Shown: positions 28,390 to 42,000 of the stretch, in pieces
How positions within the stretch are numbered: position 1 is the first letter of the stretch
Layout: every line of letters starts with the position of its first letter
Assembly (NCBI GenBank): GCA_003971905.1
Contig: RSEE01000007.1
Span: forward strand, 62,001-126,000
Source: Moniliella sp. 'wahieum'
Taxonomy: Eukaryota
Reading direction: 5' to 3'
Length of the DNA stretch: 64,000 bases
Translations under genes and position numbers: made by a program
The notes under the pieces: model-generated
Database searches by the model: none
The model's input: the letters and a program-made list of their open reading frames with translations, nothing else
Told to the model about the DNA's origin: nothing

Positions 28390-29656
28390 AGAGTGCTGGT
28401 CCGGGACAGCTTCTGCAGTTGGTTCAGGAGCACATCGCCATCCTGATGATTCTGGCTTGTACTGTGCGTTCTTGGAATCGGGCCGCCGGGTCTCAATCAC
28501 GCCGTGCACCTTGTCTCACTGCGGGCAGCCGTGCCGACGCAATGAACCGGGACAACTCGCGGTCAATAAATTCGTCGTTACCCCAAATGCGTCCGACTGG
28601 ACTCGCAACGTGACGGAGCGGTAGGACTCGAGCAGTTGGGCATACGCAATGATGCGCATTTCCCGTACGTAGTAGCGTGCGTGGGCATTGAGCAGGCGCG
28701 AGGGAAGGAGGTAGGTCTGTTCGACCTGGGCCAGCGCTTCGAAAAAGGCCTTGTAATTGCCATTGTACAAGGATTGGGTGTAGGTCCTCAAATGCGGCAG
28801 CTCGTCAATCACTTGCAGCACCTCGGGCGCATTCAGAATCTTCTTCTTCAGCTCGGTCCGCGGCAATGCGAGCATATTTGCAATCACAGCCAGCGACACG
28901 AACGCATGGTAGTCCAGCAGCTCGGTGGCGGTAAACGTGGAGAGCGCCTCGAGGAACAGCTCTCCGCCCCGCTTAAAGTCCCGAACGGAGAGGAGGTGGA
29001 GCCCCTCGTACACCTTGAGCCGGTTCCGCCGGTCCCAGTCGCCCCCTCCTCAACCAACTTTTTAACCTCGGTAATCGAGGAGGTAACAAGTGACGTTTGC
29101 CGAAGAAGAACCCGATGCGGATCAGGCCGAGAGTCAAGTCGATTTTGCTGCCGAGCCCAGCGCCCTTTTCGATGGCCTCCTTGGTAGTAGCAATCGCCTT
29201 GTCCTGCAGAGAGGGCGAGTCAGCAACCAAGAGAAAAAGAGGGAAAAAGGAATGCACATACTTGGTCCCCGATCTTGGCATAGTAGCTCGCCTTGTTCTT
29301 AAGCACCGCGTTGATCTCCATCTCGCCCTCCTCCTCGGTGGCCTTGGTAAGCTGCTGATCAAACTTGGCGAGCTCCTCCTTGTTCCGCTCCTCGAGCTTG
29401 GCCAGCAGATCTTGAGGCGAAGACGTGGTGGGCACTGGTGCTCTCTACCGGCGAAGGCAACTTTGCTGATGAGTGGGTCGGCGAGCAAAGCAGCATAGTA
29501 GGGTGCCATTTCGTCGGCCTCAATGCCAGCGAGCAGCTCCGAAGCAGCGAGCGCAGACGAGGGCGCAGCCGCATACCCACCGTGCACAACAGTAAAGAGA
29601 AGCTGCTGCCAGTGCAGGTTGGGGATGGGCTGGATGCTCTCCTCGTCGGCGGACAT
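28390..29656 (-). CDS. RPN7: 26S proteasome lid subunit Rpn7 (intron 29204-29261; end approximate)
   Basis: EMAPYY..KASYYAKIGD..GSKIDLTLGLIRIGFFFG..DWDRRNRLKVYEGLHLLSVRDFK..STFTATEL..YYVREMRIIAYAQLLESYRSVTL..DKVHGVIETRRPDSKNAQY..GDVLLNQLQKLSR. Confidence 0.95.
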
Positions 29657-29917
29657 GATGACGATGGTGGTGGGGGCGAGCGCGGCGGCTGCGACGGGTA
29701 TACCTGCCCTCGTCCGGCCCGTAGCACTGGCAAGCAACACACGCGTCCTTGCTGCTGCTACCAGCGGCGCGGAATCCGCGCCGGCGGAATCGCGGCGGCT
29801 GGCGGGGCGCCAGTGTGGGACCGCGTGACGCGGCCACTCGTTGCGTGGGCTAGGGCTCACCCGATTGGCTGATGCGCTGGGCCCACGGCTCGGCCCGCTG
29901 CTGCCTCCCCCACCACC

Positions 29918-31279
29918 ATGGCCACCCCCGCATCCGGCACCTTGCCTTCCGTCGCCGCTGCCGAAACTGCGTTTGAAGCCGGAGACCGCGCCGGGGGCGA
30001 GGCGCAGCTCAAGGCTGTGCTCGCGCAACAGCCGCCGGCCGACAAGGCGTCTTCGGCCACCGGCGAGGCCGTGTTGCGCGAGCAGGAACTCGCTCTTCTC
30101 CGTCTTGGCCAGCTGTACTGCGACGAGGCCGATGTGGATGCATTGGCAAGCGTTGTGCGCGACTCGCATGCTGTACTTGCACACCTGGCAAAGGCCAAGA
30201 CGGCAAAACTTATCCGCCAGCTCATTGACCTGTTTGGCGACATTCCTGGCGATGCAGCCCGCGCTGCCCAGATCCGGATTACCGAGGAAAACATTGACTG
30301 GGCCAAGGAGGAAAAACGGATTTTCCTCAAGCAGAGTCTTGAGACCAAGCTGATTTCGCTGTACTACGAGGCGAAAAACTACCGTCAGGCGCTGCCGTTA
30401 ATTGAGCGACTGCTCAAGGAACTGAAGAAGCTGGATGACAAGATGATCCTGACTGAGGTTCACCTGTTGGAATCGAAGGTCAACTTTGCCATTTCCAACA
30501 TCCCCAAGGCAAAGACAGCCCTCACTTCGGCTCGTACGTCGGCCAACGCGATGTACACGCCGCCTTTGCTGCAGGCACAACTGGATCTCCAAAGTGGTGT
30601 TGCATGCGAAAGACAAGGATTACTCGACTGCCTACTCGTACTTTTTCGAAACCCTGGAGGGCTTCTCTGGGCAGAACGATCCGCGGGCAGGGCTGGCGCT
30701 CAAGTACATGCTGCTGTGTAAAATTATGCTTAACCTGCCGGAGGATGTGGCGGCGATTATCCAAGGCAAGACGGCATTGGTGGCCGAATCCAAGGCGGCC
30801 AAGGGAGCCAAGGGATGGGGCGCCAAGGGTGCTGCGGTGGAGAAGGCGACAGAGCGGGATGTGGAGGCCATGTCGGCCGTGGCCAAGGCACATGAAGAGC
30901 GGTCGTTGGAGGCATTTGAAACCGCATTGAAGAAGTACCAAGCGGAACTGTCCAATGATCCGATCATTCGCAATCACCTGGCCGAGCTGTACGACACGTT
31001 GCTGGAGCAGAACTTGCTACGAGTGATTGAGCCCTACTCGCGGGTGGAGATTGGGTATGTGGCGCAACGGGTGCGTCAGCCGGAGCGGGAGGTGGAGCAA
31101 AAACTGTCGCAGATGATCTTGGACAAGATGTTCAATGGGATCTTGGACCAAGGGAATGGGTGTCTGGTTGTCTTTGACGAGGCACCACAGGACAAGACAT
31201 ACGAGGCTGCGCTACAGACCTCAAGCACGTGGGCGACGTGGTTGACTCGTTAGCAAAGAAGGCCAACAAGTTGGGGTGA
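29918..31279 (+). CDS. RPN6: 26S proteasome lid subunit Rpn6
   Basis: EQELALLRLGQLY..KAKTAKLIRQLID..EKRIFLKQSLETKL..LLKELKKLDDKMILTEVHLLESK..ALTSARTSANAMY..DKDYSTAYSYFFE..LKYMLLCKIML..LYDTLLEQNLLRVIEPYSRVEI..KLSQMILDK..GILDQG. Confidence 0.96.
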
Positions 31280-31763
31280 GCTGTTGATGTGCCCAATTGT
31301 AATCATTGTATACACCATCATCATTCAAGCACTCCGATCTGTGGCACGAAAGGGTGCCAGGTATCCGATATTAAAGCATGGGCAGGCATCCAAAGGCGAA
31401 CGGTGGAGGCGCACCGAGGGTACGGGGGGGGGGGGGGACAAAGAGAAGAGTATATAGGTATGCAAAATGATAGAACGCCACGCAAACGTCCTCCGGGAGT
31501 TGTCTAGGCAAGATGAGGGATTGGAAGAAGAAAAGTACAGGGAGATGAGGGAATTGAAGGGAACAGGGTTGTGGCGAGGGGGCCAGTAATGCAAAAGTCC
31601 AGATGAGGGGGGAGAAGGGTGGAGGAAGGATAAGAGAGAGGAGGGCGCGGTGCCTAGCTGGACGGGGAAACAAGTGTCGAGGCATGACTACTGTACGAAC
31701 GCGTTCGTACCGGCAAGACCGGGGTTGTCTGCGCCGTCAACACACCCTCTTCTGCCAATCCAG

Positions 31764-33279
31764 TCAGGGTGGCCGTCCAGAGTGCGAGAGCGTGGTGGGC
31801 GTGCTTTCGAGGGGCCTGAGCTGAGCCCGAGGCGTGCGGGAGGGAAACAGAGGTCGCAGCGAGGCAGGACAGATGGTGGAGGAAGATGGACCATGCATCT
31901 CGGCTACAAGGGATTTGCCCCGCCTCAGTTCTTGGAGAAGGAGATCGACGCTTAGTTGACCGACTTGGCTGTTTCGCGGACGATGGGAATGCCGGCCAAG
32001 CGCTCCAAGGCCGATCGGGGGTTGCGAATGGGAGAAGACCTTGATCAGCTGCACTTCCTCGTCCACATCAAGAAAACAGGGGGGGCAAGTGCTCCCCTCG
32101 CGGTGATCAGGGGGCAAGAGGGAAGTGTAGCCCCTAGACCAATGAATGGGGGCTCCCCAGCCAAACAGCCGGTCCACCCCGCGCGTGGTCGCATCGAGGA
32201 CATGCGCACGGTCCAGGGGCCGGAGAGCAAAGTGAGCAAAGACGGAGAAAAAAAGAATGGCCATTCCAGCGCCTGCAATCAGGTCCACGGCAAAATGATG
32301 GTGGAAATACATGGTAGACCAGCACATGAGAGCAAAGTACACCACCATAAACCCAGTCCCTGCCGCGCCTCCGTAGCGCGCCACAAAAAGCGCGCAGCAT
32401 GCAGCCGTGGCGCGTGGAGGGAAGGGATCGCACCAAAAAAACGGGCCCACGGCGGAAGCCGTCCGAGTACAAGTGGTACCAAGTACTTCATCCACGCGCA
32501 CCAGACCCGCCGCGTTGCCAGGGAAAGAGTAGTCGGGAACTGTGCCGGCTGGATAGACGTCGTGGAACCAAGGGGCGGCATGCGGGTTGAGGATATGGAG
32601 GAGACCCGACAAATTTTGTAAGCCGAGGCACCAGCCAAACACGTTTGCTGCACCGGGTGCACCAAAGAACCAAATCCACCAGCCAGTCAAAATGGTGAGG
32701 CAAAGTGAAGCACGCCGTAAAAGATCCAGGCAGCAACGTCCTGGAACGGCGACGGGTCGAGGCCGATGGCTAGGTCGTTGAGGATGCGGAGGGTGGGGGG
32801 GAACATGATGAGGACAGTCGGGTAGAATACGGCCTGGTGAGGCTTGCGGCCTGCATAGCGGATCCAGATGAGGAGTGCGAGCGGGCGATGAGAACCATGG
32901 AGAGAAAGACACCAAGGGGCGACAGGAGAAAGGTTTCGAGCACAGGCAAGACGGTGGTATGGATGGGGGGGCGGATGTGGTCGGGGATGCGGCGGGCCTG
33001 CTTGAATGCAAATGTCCAGACCAGGGGCGGGGCATGCCGAAGAGGAGGCCGGCGAGCCAGCGAAGGGGATGCTTGGCGTTGAGAAGCACGCGGCTGCAGT
33101 GGCACACGAGGCGGCGGAGAGACGGGATGCAGGTGCTGAGGAGGAGGATACCCGCGAGCACGGCCGCGATGGCAGCACGATGCGGCCCCAGAGGGCACAT
33201 CGGCAGCCGACGCGGGTCAAGGACAGCGCTGTGGTGCGTGGCGCGGAGATGCGGCCAGCACCTCGCGCGGCGACGACAT
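31764..33279 (-). CDS. PAP2-fold inositolphosphotransferase, Ipt1/Aur1 family (closer to Ipt1)
   Basis: LGLQNLSGL..HAAPWF..GNAAGLVRVDEVLGTHLYSDGF..PVFFGAIPSLHA..WSTMYFHHHFAVDLIAG: C2 (PSLH) and C3 (H-xxx-D) catalytic motifs. Confidence 0.85.
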
Positions 33280-33847
33280 GGACGGCAGTGGCGGTGGCGG
33301 CGGAGCAGGGGGGGAGGGGGCCGAGGAGGACAATGACCAGTGACTAGTGATGGAGTTTGCGTATTCCAACGGCAGGCGCATATTTGACCGGTGAGCTGTC
33401 GTGTGGCCGGTGATGCTGAGATCAGCGCTGAGCAATCGCAGAGCGGGTTGGGGGCGCTGTCGATGGGTGATGCGATGCATGGTGTGTCAGCTGTTGGCAT
33501 GCCACATGTCAGCCGTCTGTCTGCGCTGCTGCTTGATCGGCTAGTGCTGGTGCTGGCCAGAATATAACCAGGGTTGACGTTTTTCGCGTGGCGGGTGGAA
33601 CCAAGCTGCCACGGTTGCTGCCCGGCGCGGCCCAGGCGCAGGGCAATGGTTAATGGATGTGCAGCCGCCTCGTGTCCCCGCACGTTCTTGGCCGTGGCTG
33701 GGCACCCACCCGCTCTCTGCGCTGGCCAGCTCGCGATCTCCCTCGGCCGACGGACGGCCGCTCTACTGCAAGCGGCAGAGACGCTAATATCTACCAGTGC
33801 TATATATAGGGTGCTTCTCGTTGCAGCAGGTGCTACCCGTAATATTG

Positions 33848-36800
33848 TTAGGGGGGCGCTTCACTCGCAGTGCGTCCAGCGCCTGCGCGCTTCTTGGCCA
33901 GCATGTTGCGCGCCGCCTCCGCCATGCGGAACTCCCGCCGCGCCCGCCGCTCCTCCTCCAGCACCACCCGCCGCAGCAGCACGCCCAGCGGCAGCCCGTG
34001 CTCCGCCCCCGCCCGCGCCCGCGTCCGCCCGTCAGCCCTGACCTCACACTCGACCCGCTTCCGCCTGCCGACGCGCCCCGCTCCGGCGCACCCCCGAGCA
34101 GGCGGCCATACCGGGCTGCAGCAAAGTTCGCCGGGCCCGCCATCGGCAACCCAACGCCCGACCGGTCCCAGTCTCCCTCGTTCCACGCCTTGTCCGTCCC
34201 GGGCACCGCGCCCTGCCAGCGCAGCATCCCGCCCCGCCAAAGTGAGACGAGACAAGTGCCGGCCCCAGCCAATCGATCGTATCGCCCAAGTCGAGCCGCT
34301 TGCGGGGATCGCGGGGCAGCCACAGTTGGCGATCCAGCGTCGCGACGTACGCCGGGGTGCCGTAGTGCGCCAGATCGTCCTTGCGGTCGTCCCATAGGAT
34401 GGGCGCATGCGGCACTGCCAGCGCCGTGTTCGGTTCCGGTTCAGGCGGCCGATCGTTCGGTCCCGCCCCGGTTCGCGCCAGCTCCACCCATCGGAATTGA
34501 ACCCGTCCTTCTTCTCCACCCCTACTGCGCTGTCGGTGGTCAGCACCCGCGTTTGGTTCGGCAGCCACCCGCACTTTGCGAAATTGGGCGACGGCACGTC
34601 CACCTTGCCATCCGCCCAGCCCGGCGACGTCGGACTGGGTTCGTAGTACGGCACAGGCAACAGCCCCTCCTCGTTCGTCGGCACTTGCACAAGGAGAGAG
34701 GGGATGCATGGTGCAAGCCCTCGCTCTCGTTCTCGTTCTCGACGCCTGACAGCGTCCAAAGAGGCGAGATCGGGGTCGATGAGGTCACCCCCTGCGCCTG
34801 GGGCGGACCAAAGAGGTTCTGGGCCAAGGTAACGGGGGGGGAAGCGCTCGTCGTACGAATCGCCACACGCACGGCCAAGAGGTAAACCGGAAGGAAGTTT
34901 GTGGCTTTCCTCGGAAGACTCGGAAATGGCTCGCTTGCGAGGGAGATCAGCGTCAGATGTGCTGGTTGAGGGCGCGTACACGTCCTTGGAAAGGATGGGG
35001 ATGGAGAGACTTCCGTGGGTATAGACGTGGCCGTGACCGTGGCCGTGGCTGTGGCTGTAACCGTGACCATGATCGTGTTTGTGCTCATGGTCGTGGTTGC
35101 GAGGAAGGGAATTAGACCTTTCTGGATGGGGAGTCAAGAGACGGGTACGATACGAGGGAAAGGAAGAGGGAGGATGACGGGGTTCAGAGTCCTGTGGCAA
35201 GGGCAGAGGCAGGCCGGGCTCCAAGCGAGGATCAAGTCCATAACTTTGGTTCTGATCGTACGGAATGGAAGGTAGCATCAGAGCCAAATTACTAGGCGAT
35301 TCCTGCACAGACGGCAACGATCGTTCCGACAAAAAGGGAGAATCGAAGGAAGAATCAAACTTGCTCTCGGAATTGAGCAGGTGCGTGTCCTGGCCCGTCC
35401 AGAGAAGGTCTTCGGTCGAGAATCGCGACGAGGGACAACCTCATGGACCCTTTCTCCTTGTCTCTTCCAACCGAAGAACTAAAAGAAGGAGCATGCGCCA
35501 GCGGTGGTGCCTCAGGAAGGTTGTCGGTACTGCTGTAAGCCTTGGGGAGAGCAGGCAACGCTCCGTTCCTCGGTCTCGAGAAGGCAAAGCGGATAACGTG
35601 ATACCCAGTGGATTGGTGTCCACCGCACCGCCAGACTCCACATCCTGCTGGGATGCGACGGAAGGGTATGGTGGGAGGAAAGGATGCGAAGGCAATGGCG
35701 AGTTGAAGCCTAGGATGCTGTGGCCGTCATCGATGGTGACCCAGGACGATCGTTGGGCTTTGCGGTCCTCCCGCTTGGCGTGGGCCGAGGTGGAGTGCGC
35801 CACGGCCGAGGCCATGCGCTCTGAATCTTTCTTGGCCTTCTTGGTTTTGGACTGGAGAAACGCCCATGCGGCGTTCCACGTGGCGATCCAAGTTTGCAGC
35901 ACGGCCGGCGCCCTGGTATCCAACTTGATGTCGAGCTCTAGCCGAGTCCGACGCGCGTTCGAGTACAGGAGCGATACCCAGCCTGGCATGTCGTTTCCAT
36001 CCGCACAGAACCGGTCCAAAAGCCAGTGAAGCCGACCCCACCACACGCCATCCGACTCGACCGGGGCAGGCAACCGCACAGGGTACCGACCGCGGGCGCG
36101 AGCGTCCTGTGGGGCCCCGGGATTGGGCGAGGGGGGTGGGAAGTGGCGCAGCGGCCCGGAGATGACCGGTCGCGGGTGGTAGGGGGGACTCCTTGCCAAG
36201 GTGGGCAGCAAGATGAAGGGGAACGTCGTTGCCCACCCGGCATGGGCGTACTCGGCGCGGAGGCGAAGCCAGGAAGGGGTCTCGTTGACCCCGCACACAG
36301 CATTGGCCTCGTCGTCATCCAATGCGCGGACTTGGGACAGCCAGAACCGCGTGCCGACCAGTTTGGCAAGCACGGTGAGCGGGATGAGAAGGATGGTGAG
36401 AGCAATGTACACTGCCTTGACCTTGGTTACCGCGAAGAAGATGGTCAGCACAACGTGGGCGACAACCAGAGCATCGAGCGAGAAGCGGAGCATCCGTTTA
36501 AAGTAAATCTCTCCTTGGTTCTCATGAAAGCGCGAGACGTAGACGTACGCCAGATCTTTCTTGAACACAATCCTGCAGCAAGTCAGAGGGATCAGTAGCT
36601 GCTTGGTATATGATGAATGGAAAGGGAAGCTACGTACAGTGCCATCCAAAGGTAAACCACGGCAAAGCAAACCACAAGCGGGTTGAAGATGGCAAAGACG
36701 AAAACGATGGTCAAGGCTGTGAGGTGGAGCGGCATCCAGATCGCATGGCCAAACTTGCGGGGGAGAACCTTGAACGCACGATCGCGCGGCGAGCGCGAAC

Positions 36801-39313
36801 CCATGGCTTGCACGGCTTGGATCAAACCAATCACGGCCTGAATCAGCTCGGCTCCGGTCTGAGTGACAATGTTGAGCATAAGATAGGAGCAAAAGAAGGG
36901 CGCGGCCGAAGGAAAGGCAAATGCAATGGAGGTCAAATCGAGCCTTGGTGATGGCTCCCGACTCGGACCAATATGGTCTGCAATGTGGTTGCCCCACCGA
37001 AAACAGGATGACGGTGTTGCAGACGACAAACTTCCAGTACCTGCACAGGCACTGGTCGTATAACTCGGTTCGAGTCAGGAACCGATGGGCGCGCAGGTTG
37101 ACTTGGAAGATAAACTCGGGAACCAGGAGCATGATGCCCGACACCAACAGCGTTGGCAAGGTGCCCGACACGAACCGAATCCAGTGGCTGTGGTTCTCCA
37201 AGACATGCAACCCTCGTCCCGAGACTCGGGAAATCCCTCCAATGTTGGCCAACACGGAAGCCGCCGCTTGGGTCGGAATCATCCAGAACACCGTAAATGC
37301 CCAAAAGAAGCCACCCACCCCGGCTCCACGTACCACGCGACTAGCAAACGTGGTCTGCATCAGTCGGTCCCACATCAAATCCCTGCGCTCCGGAGCGAGA
37401 TGGACCGCAGGCATCAACTGGTCGCTCAACTCGCGCCAAACCAGCCGGGCCTGCCTCGGGTCGCGGAAGGTAACAAACGCAACAGGGGTCGGGCTCCAAT
37501 CCGACTCGGGAAGCTGCCGAGCCGCATCCACCAGCGCTGTCAAAAGATTGAGCTTGGTGAGCAGCAGATCGATAGTCGGCACCGTCTCTCCCTTGTAGGG
37601 CCCTGAACTAATCCGAGTCATGGGCTGATATCGATCAAGCAGGGCACGCGGCACGTTGAAGAGCTCAGGCCAAAAATTAGGCCGCTGTGAGCCCTCGGGT
37701 TCACCATCTGGGGCGCCGAAGAGGAGCCACGCATGGGCTGGGGTAGCTTGATGAAGCGGGAGAGACGCTGGGCGAGGGCCGCATCCTCCGGTGGCTTCGC
37801 CACGACGTACACGCCATCCTTTTCATTGTGGCCCAATGCGGCTAACACGTTCCGTGCCAGCTCAAGGTGGGCAATCTCAAGCTTGGCCAAAGTTGCGTCG
37901 CGCCGCTCCACCAAGCTGCTCAGACCGGACATCTTGCGCACTAATTCGACGTGCTGGATGGGGGAAGGGAGGAAGGAAGAGGGGGGGGGGAGGAGAGTGG
38001 CAGATGTACTTGCACTTATACTTGCACTCATACGTGTACTTGTGCATGTACCTGTGCTGGCGCATGTGCCTGTGCTTGCACTTGCGCTTGCGCTTGTGCT
38101 GTTGTTGGTGGATGTGGGGGCGCTTTTGGTGCTTGAGCCCAAACCTGTGGGTATGCTGGAGCTTGGGCCCATGGTTGCGATGGCTCTGCCAGCAGGGCTG
38201 CCTCCCAGGCCAAGGTGCTGCTCAAGCGCCGATGCTAAAGCGGTGGGATTCCGCAGCCGCTTAGGCAGGTTGGTGAGCATCAACGTGCGTTGGCGCCATC
38301 CCGCCAGTGCCGGGTCCTTTTCTGCCGCATCGGTCGAGAAAAAGGGGTGGGCACCGTCGGAAGCACGACCAGTGAGGCAGTCGATAACGTTGTGCAGGCC
38401 GTCCAAGTGGTGAAGGGCGTGGATGGTAGGCGATAGCGGGGAATGGGGATGAGGCTGGAGCTGGGGATCAATGGGAATGACGGTATGGTCAGGGGTGGAT
38501 GGGCGCGACTTGCGCGGGTAGATGGTGCGGGTGCGCGTGGCGAGGATGAGATCGCGGCGGATCTTGATGAAGCCGGGGCGACCCAAGCGAGGGCAGCGAA
38601 CCAAGTAAGAGTGAGCCAATACATGGCTAGCAGGTGCACCCACAGCCACCGCCGGCCCGCCATGTTATTGACTCGCGGGCACTTGATGTTGCCCAAGGAC
38701 GAGCACTGGGTCGAATCCGCTGGGCTGGTCACAAAGTATGCCAAGCTTGCGCAGGCCATGTTGGAGCGCGAGCTGCATGAACTGAAGCGGAAGTGCAGAG
38801 CGAGCAATGCTGGCGTGGTCGTCAGCAGCTGCACCACCATCCACCACACGGCCGCCCGTAGGAAGCGCACGTAAATGACCGCATCCAGTCCAACGTGCTT
38901 CGTGTACCACGAGTCCTTTAGCATCAGTGCCCGCCACGCCCATAGCACAGGCCATCGCGTTAATGGCGGTGATGGGGTAACAGGGTGAAACTCGCGAGGC
39001 GTGTAGAGGTGTGCCATCTCCCATTCTTCGGGGGTGGTATCTGGGCGCGAGGCGTAGACTATCTCGCCTGTAATAGCGTCCCACCTCACCCCCACATCGT
39101 CGGCCATTCCCTCTTGCTTTCCCAACCCCGTCGCGTTTTTCTTCGTGGCGGTGAGGAACCCCAGGCGAGGCGGGAGCGCGGAAGGCGACGAACATGCCTT
39201 GCAAACTCGTAAAAGACGATGCAGAGGGTGCCGCCTGCGGCGAGGATGTACGCGTTGGTGGTGAGGCCGCTGAAATCGCTGTTGTAGTACTTCCGGTTCT
39301 CCGGGTCGCTCAT
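33848..39313 (-). CDS. CSC1/OSCA/TMEM63 (DUF221) calcium-permeable channel with a long low-complexity C-terminus
   Basis: GLDAVIYVRFLR, LWVHLLAMYWLT, RTLMLTNLPKRLR, LVERRDATLAKLEIAH, TIDLLLTKL, AFVTFR, APERRDLMW, then multiple TM helices and HENQGEIY. An intron near 36574-36635. Confidence 0.85.
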
Positions 39314-40349
39314 GGTTGTGTTGGAGTCCCCCACCCGATACGGACAACAGGCTCAAACGATGCGGTGATGAGGTAGTGTCGAGCTGTTGTGAGAAGGTGG
39401 TGGTTGTGAGTCGGGCACAAACGCACCAGTAACCCAAGTAGCATAGGTAGTATTGTAACGTTGTAACGTGTAGAAACCAGCATTTGCCATCGTTGATTTT
39501 TTTGTCATCGTTCCTGGGAAATCGCGGGTCTAGTCAGGTCTAGCAGGAACCACCCACGAAAGGTAACATTGGGGTGGATACGCACACAGAACAGGATGCA
39601 TTTCATATTATGTGACGAGAGCATCTCTAGTCTCAGATCTCGACTGGTACTGCGGCCGACTCTGACTAGGACTACGAACCCTCGGCGACCGCCAAGTGCC
39701 AAGTGCTGTGGGTGTCGGACTTGGCATAGGCAACGTGAAGAGTGTGTTATCGCGGCGGTAATGGGGCCCAATCCTTAGTACTGGAGCATGCCTCATGCGG
39801 GGTTGCCGCAGGGTCCGGCATGGGTGAGCGGTGAGCTTCACCGGCGAGCTTCGGCTCGAGAATGGGTGAGCGGATCCTGGGTACGATGCATGATGCATGA
39901 TGCCCCACATCGAATATGTCAATCGGGTTTCACTCGACGCTTCCAGCACCTCATCGCTTTTCCTCTGTCGATTTCCAGCCCAATTGCAGGTGACCGATGA
40001 CCGGCCCGACCGACTGAGCTCAGTGGCACATGTCGATCTTTCTACTCAATCTGTCAACGGCTGAGGCTCAGCGCGCTCAGCTTCAATGCGATGACCATTA
40101 GATTTCACAGCCTGATGTGAAAGAGATATACCGGTAACCGCGTTTTCATCCATCGTTTTTCCTGTGGCGCGCGTTAGATCTTAGACCTCATCATTGGAGT
40201 CGTTGTCCTCAGTTGAGACGTTGAGTGTACTGATGATCCTTTGGGTGGCGCTGGAGGAGCTCAACCGCTGAAGGCCACTACCGGATCGGAGCTCATCGCA
40301 TAAACAATCCATCGATGGCTATACGGAAACGGATGAACGTGAGGGATTC

Positions 40350-40870
40350 AATATTCAACCTTCAAGCTTCAATGAGCGTTCAATGTCCACTACATTCAAC
40401 ACGTTCAACGCTGAAGTTCAGCGTTACGCTTCAACCGTTCAACGTCAGCGCGTCGACGTGTTCAGCGTCCAGTGCTGGGCACTAACTACTAATTGCGCCT
40501 CTCAGTACCTCAGTCGTTCACAACCTGACGACGTTCTCCGTTACAATATACCAGTTCCTGTCCCGGCGTCGCGCGCACGCGGTCACGTGTCACATGCACG
40601 TCGCATGGGACAATAGCCCAATGCATGATTCATCACATGTGCCGTGGAACCCCGTCACGCGTCACATACATCATCTTGGTCGGAAGTTTTGTCACATTGG
40701 CATGCGCCGGCGGGGAATTATACGGAAAGTCGTTTCCCTTCCAGGCGATCGGAGCTTGGCGCTGTTTATCACAAGGGGAAGTAAATTTATAGGAACTTGT
40801 CAGCGCGATCATCGAGATCATCGATCTAATCTCGATCTCATTGCAATGAGATCTCAGAAAAGCGGTCGAT
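40350..40870. repeat. Cluster of 7-bp-period palindromic repeats (AGCT, ACGT, CATG, CGCG, TCGA and GATC cores)
   Basis: TTCAAGCTTCAA, CGTTCAACGTCA, TGTCACATG, GTCACGCGTCAC, GATCATCGAGATCATCGATC, TGAGATCTCA. Confidence 0.75.
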
Positions 40871-41869
40871 CGATGATTGCGATGATATGTAGTGGCGCGT
40901 GGTGCATTGACATATGCGCTTGAGAAATAGATTTGGTCGGACCCAAGGCAAGTAACCAAGTAACTACTAGCCATCCTACGGGTGTCACAGTAGGTGCTAA
41001 GGCGAAAGAGGTCAGAGGCGAAACTAATAGGCAAATGGTAATGATGTAGCAATCGTTGGTACGGAAGAAGCAAGAGCAGAGGCATTGTGCGAAGATGAGA
41101 AGAAAGAAGGAGAGCGAGCGCTCGGAACGAATTGGAAATGGGAGCGAAATCCGCCAAACAATGTCATCGGGGGTCTTGCGTTTTCTGTTGTTGATCTTGT
41201 CGCAGGCATGCGCAGGCGCTCAAGAGGAAGAATCCGGCTCAATAACCTGTTGGAATTCACAATTCCAGATGGTAGTTGAACACGATGAACTTGATTGCTT
41301 TACACATGAGTACTGCAGAGGCTGGAGACTGCAGAGGGACAATAGAAATGCACTGAAGGGAACTGGGCTGTTACCGATGCCACTAAAGCGTGGAACTACA
41401 CCCCTTTGGATGCAGGTGCATCTTGTGTGTATCTTGACGACTTTTCTCCTGCAACGTTCAACGTTCACAGTGCGCAAAACGTTGAATGTTGAACGTCGTT
41501 GGACGATTGTCGTTGTCGATTGTCGAGAAGCGATTACCGGCCTTATTGACGCTGGATCTCATCGATCATCGCGATTTCGTTGGCTTCGTCCCCACACCCC
41601 ATACCTCACAGCTGGGTGTCACATTTCACAGCGCGGTGTCACATACTCTCAGAACACAATATGTCACTGGTCACCGATCACCCCCAGATCAATGTGTTCA
41701 GCTGCCCAGCAGTGCATGAGCTTGTCGCAGAGACTTGTCCCGAATCTCAAATTAGTACTCAGTATGTCTCAGGGTACACGTACCTGGCGGCCCTAGAACG
41801 GGGTCCTGCTACCTAGTGCTACTGGCCACATCCCGTTCCTAGTAAAGCGCCTTCCTTGGCCTCACATAC

Positions 41870-42000
41870 CTGTCACATGTCGCATGCGTCCCTGTCACAC
41901 ACACCGGCTGCATCTATGATGCATGATGCATGATGCGTGCTAAGACGCACCTGAGGCCTGAGGCCTGAGGCACAGCCGGGTGACCGGTGATTGCGTTAGC
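41870..42000. repeat. Cluster of 7-bp-period palindromic repeats (CATG, TGCA, GGCC and CCGG cores)
   Basis: TGATGCATGATGCATGATGC, CCTGAGGCCTGAGGCCTGAGG, GGTGACCGGTGA. Confidence 0.85.

Noticed and set aside
33797..34885. Long antisense or alternate-frame ORFs (also 8924-9844, 52202-53086, 57350-58321)
   Set aside because: Arg/Gly/Pro/Ala-rich shadows of real genes in high-GC DNA.
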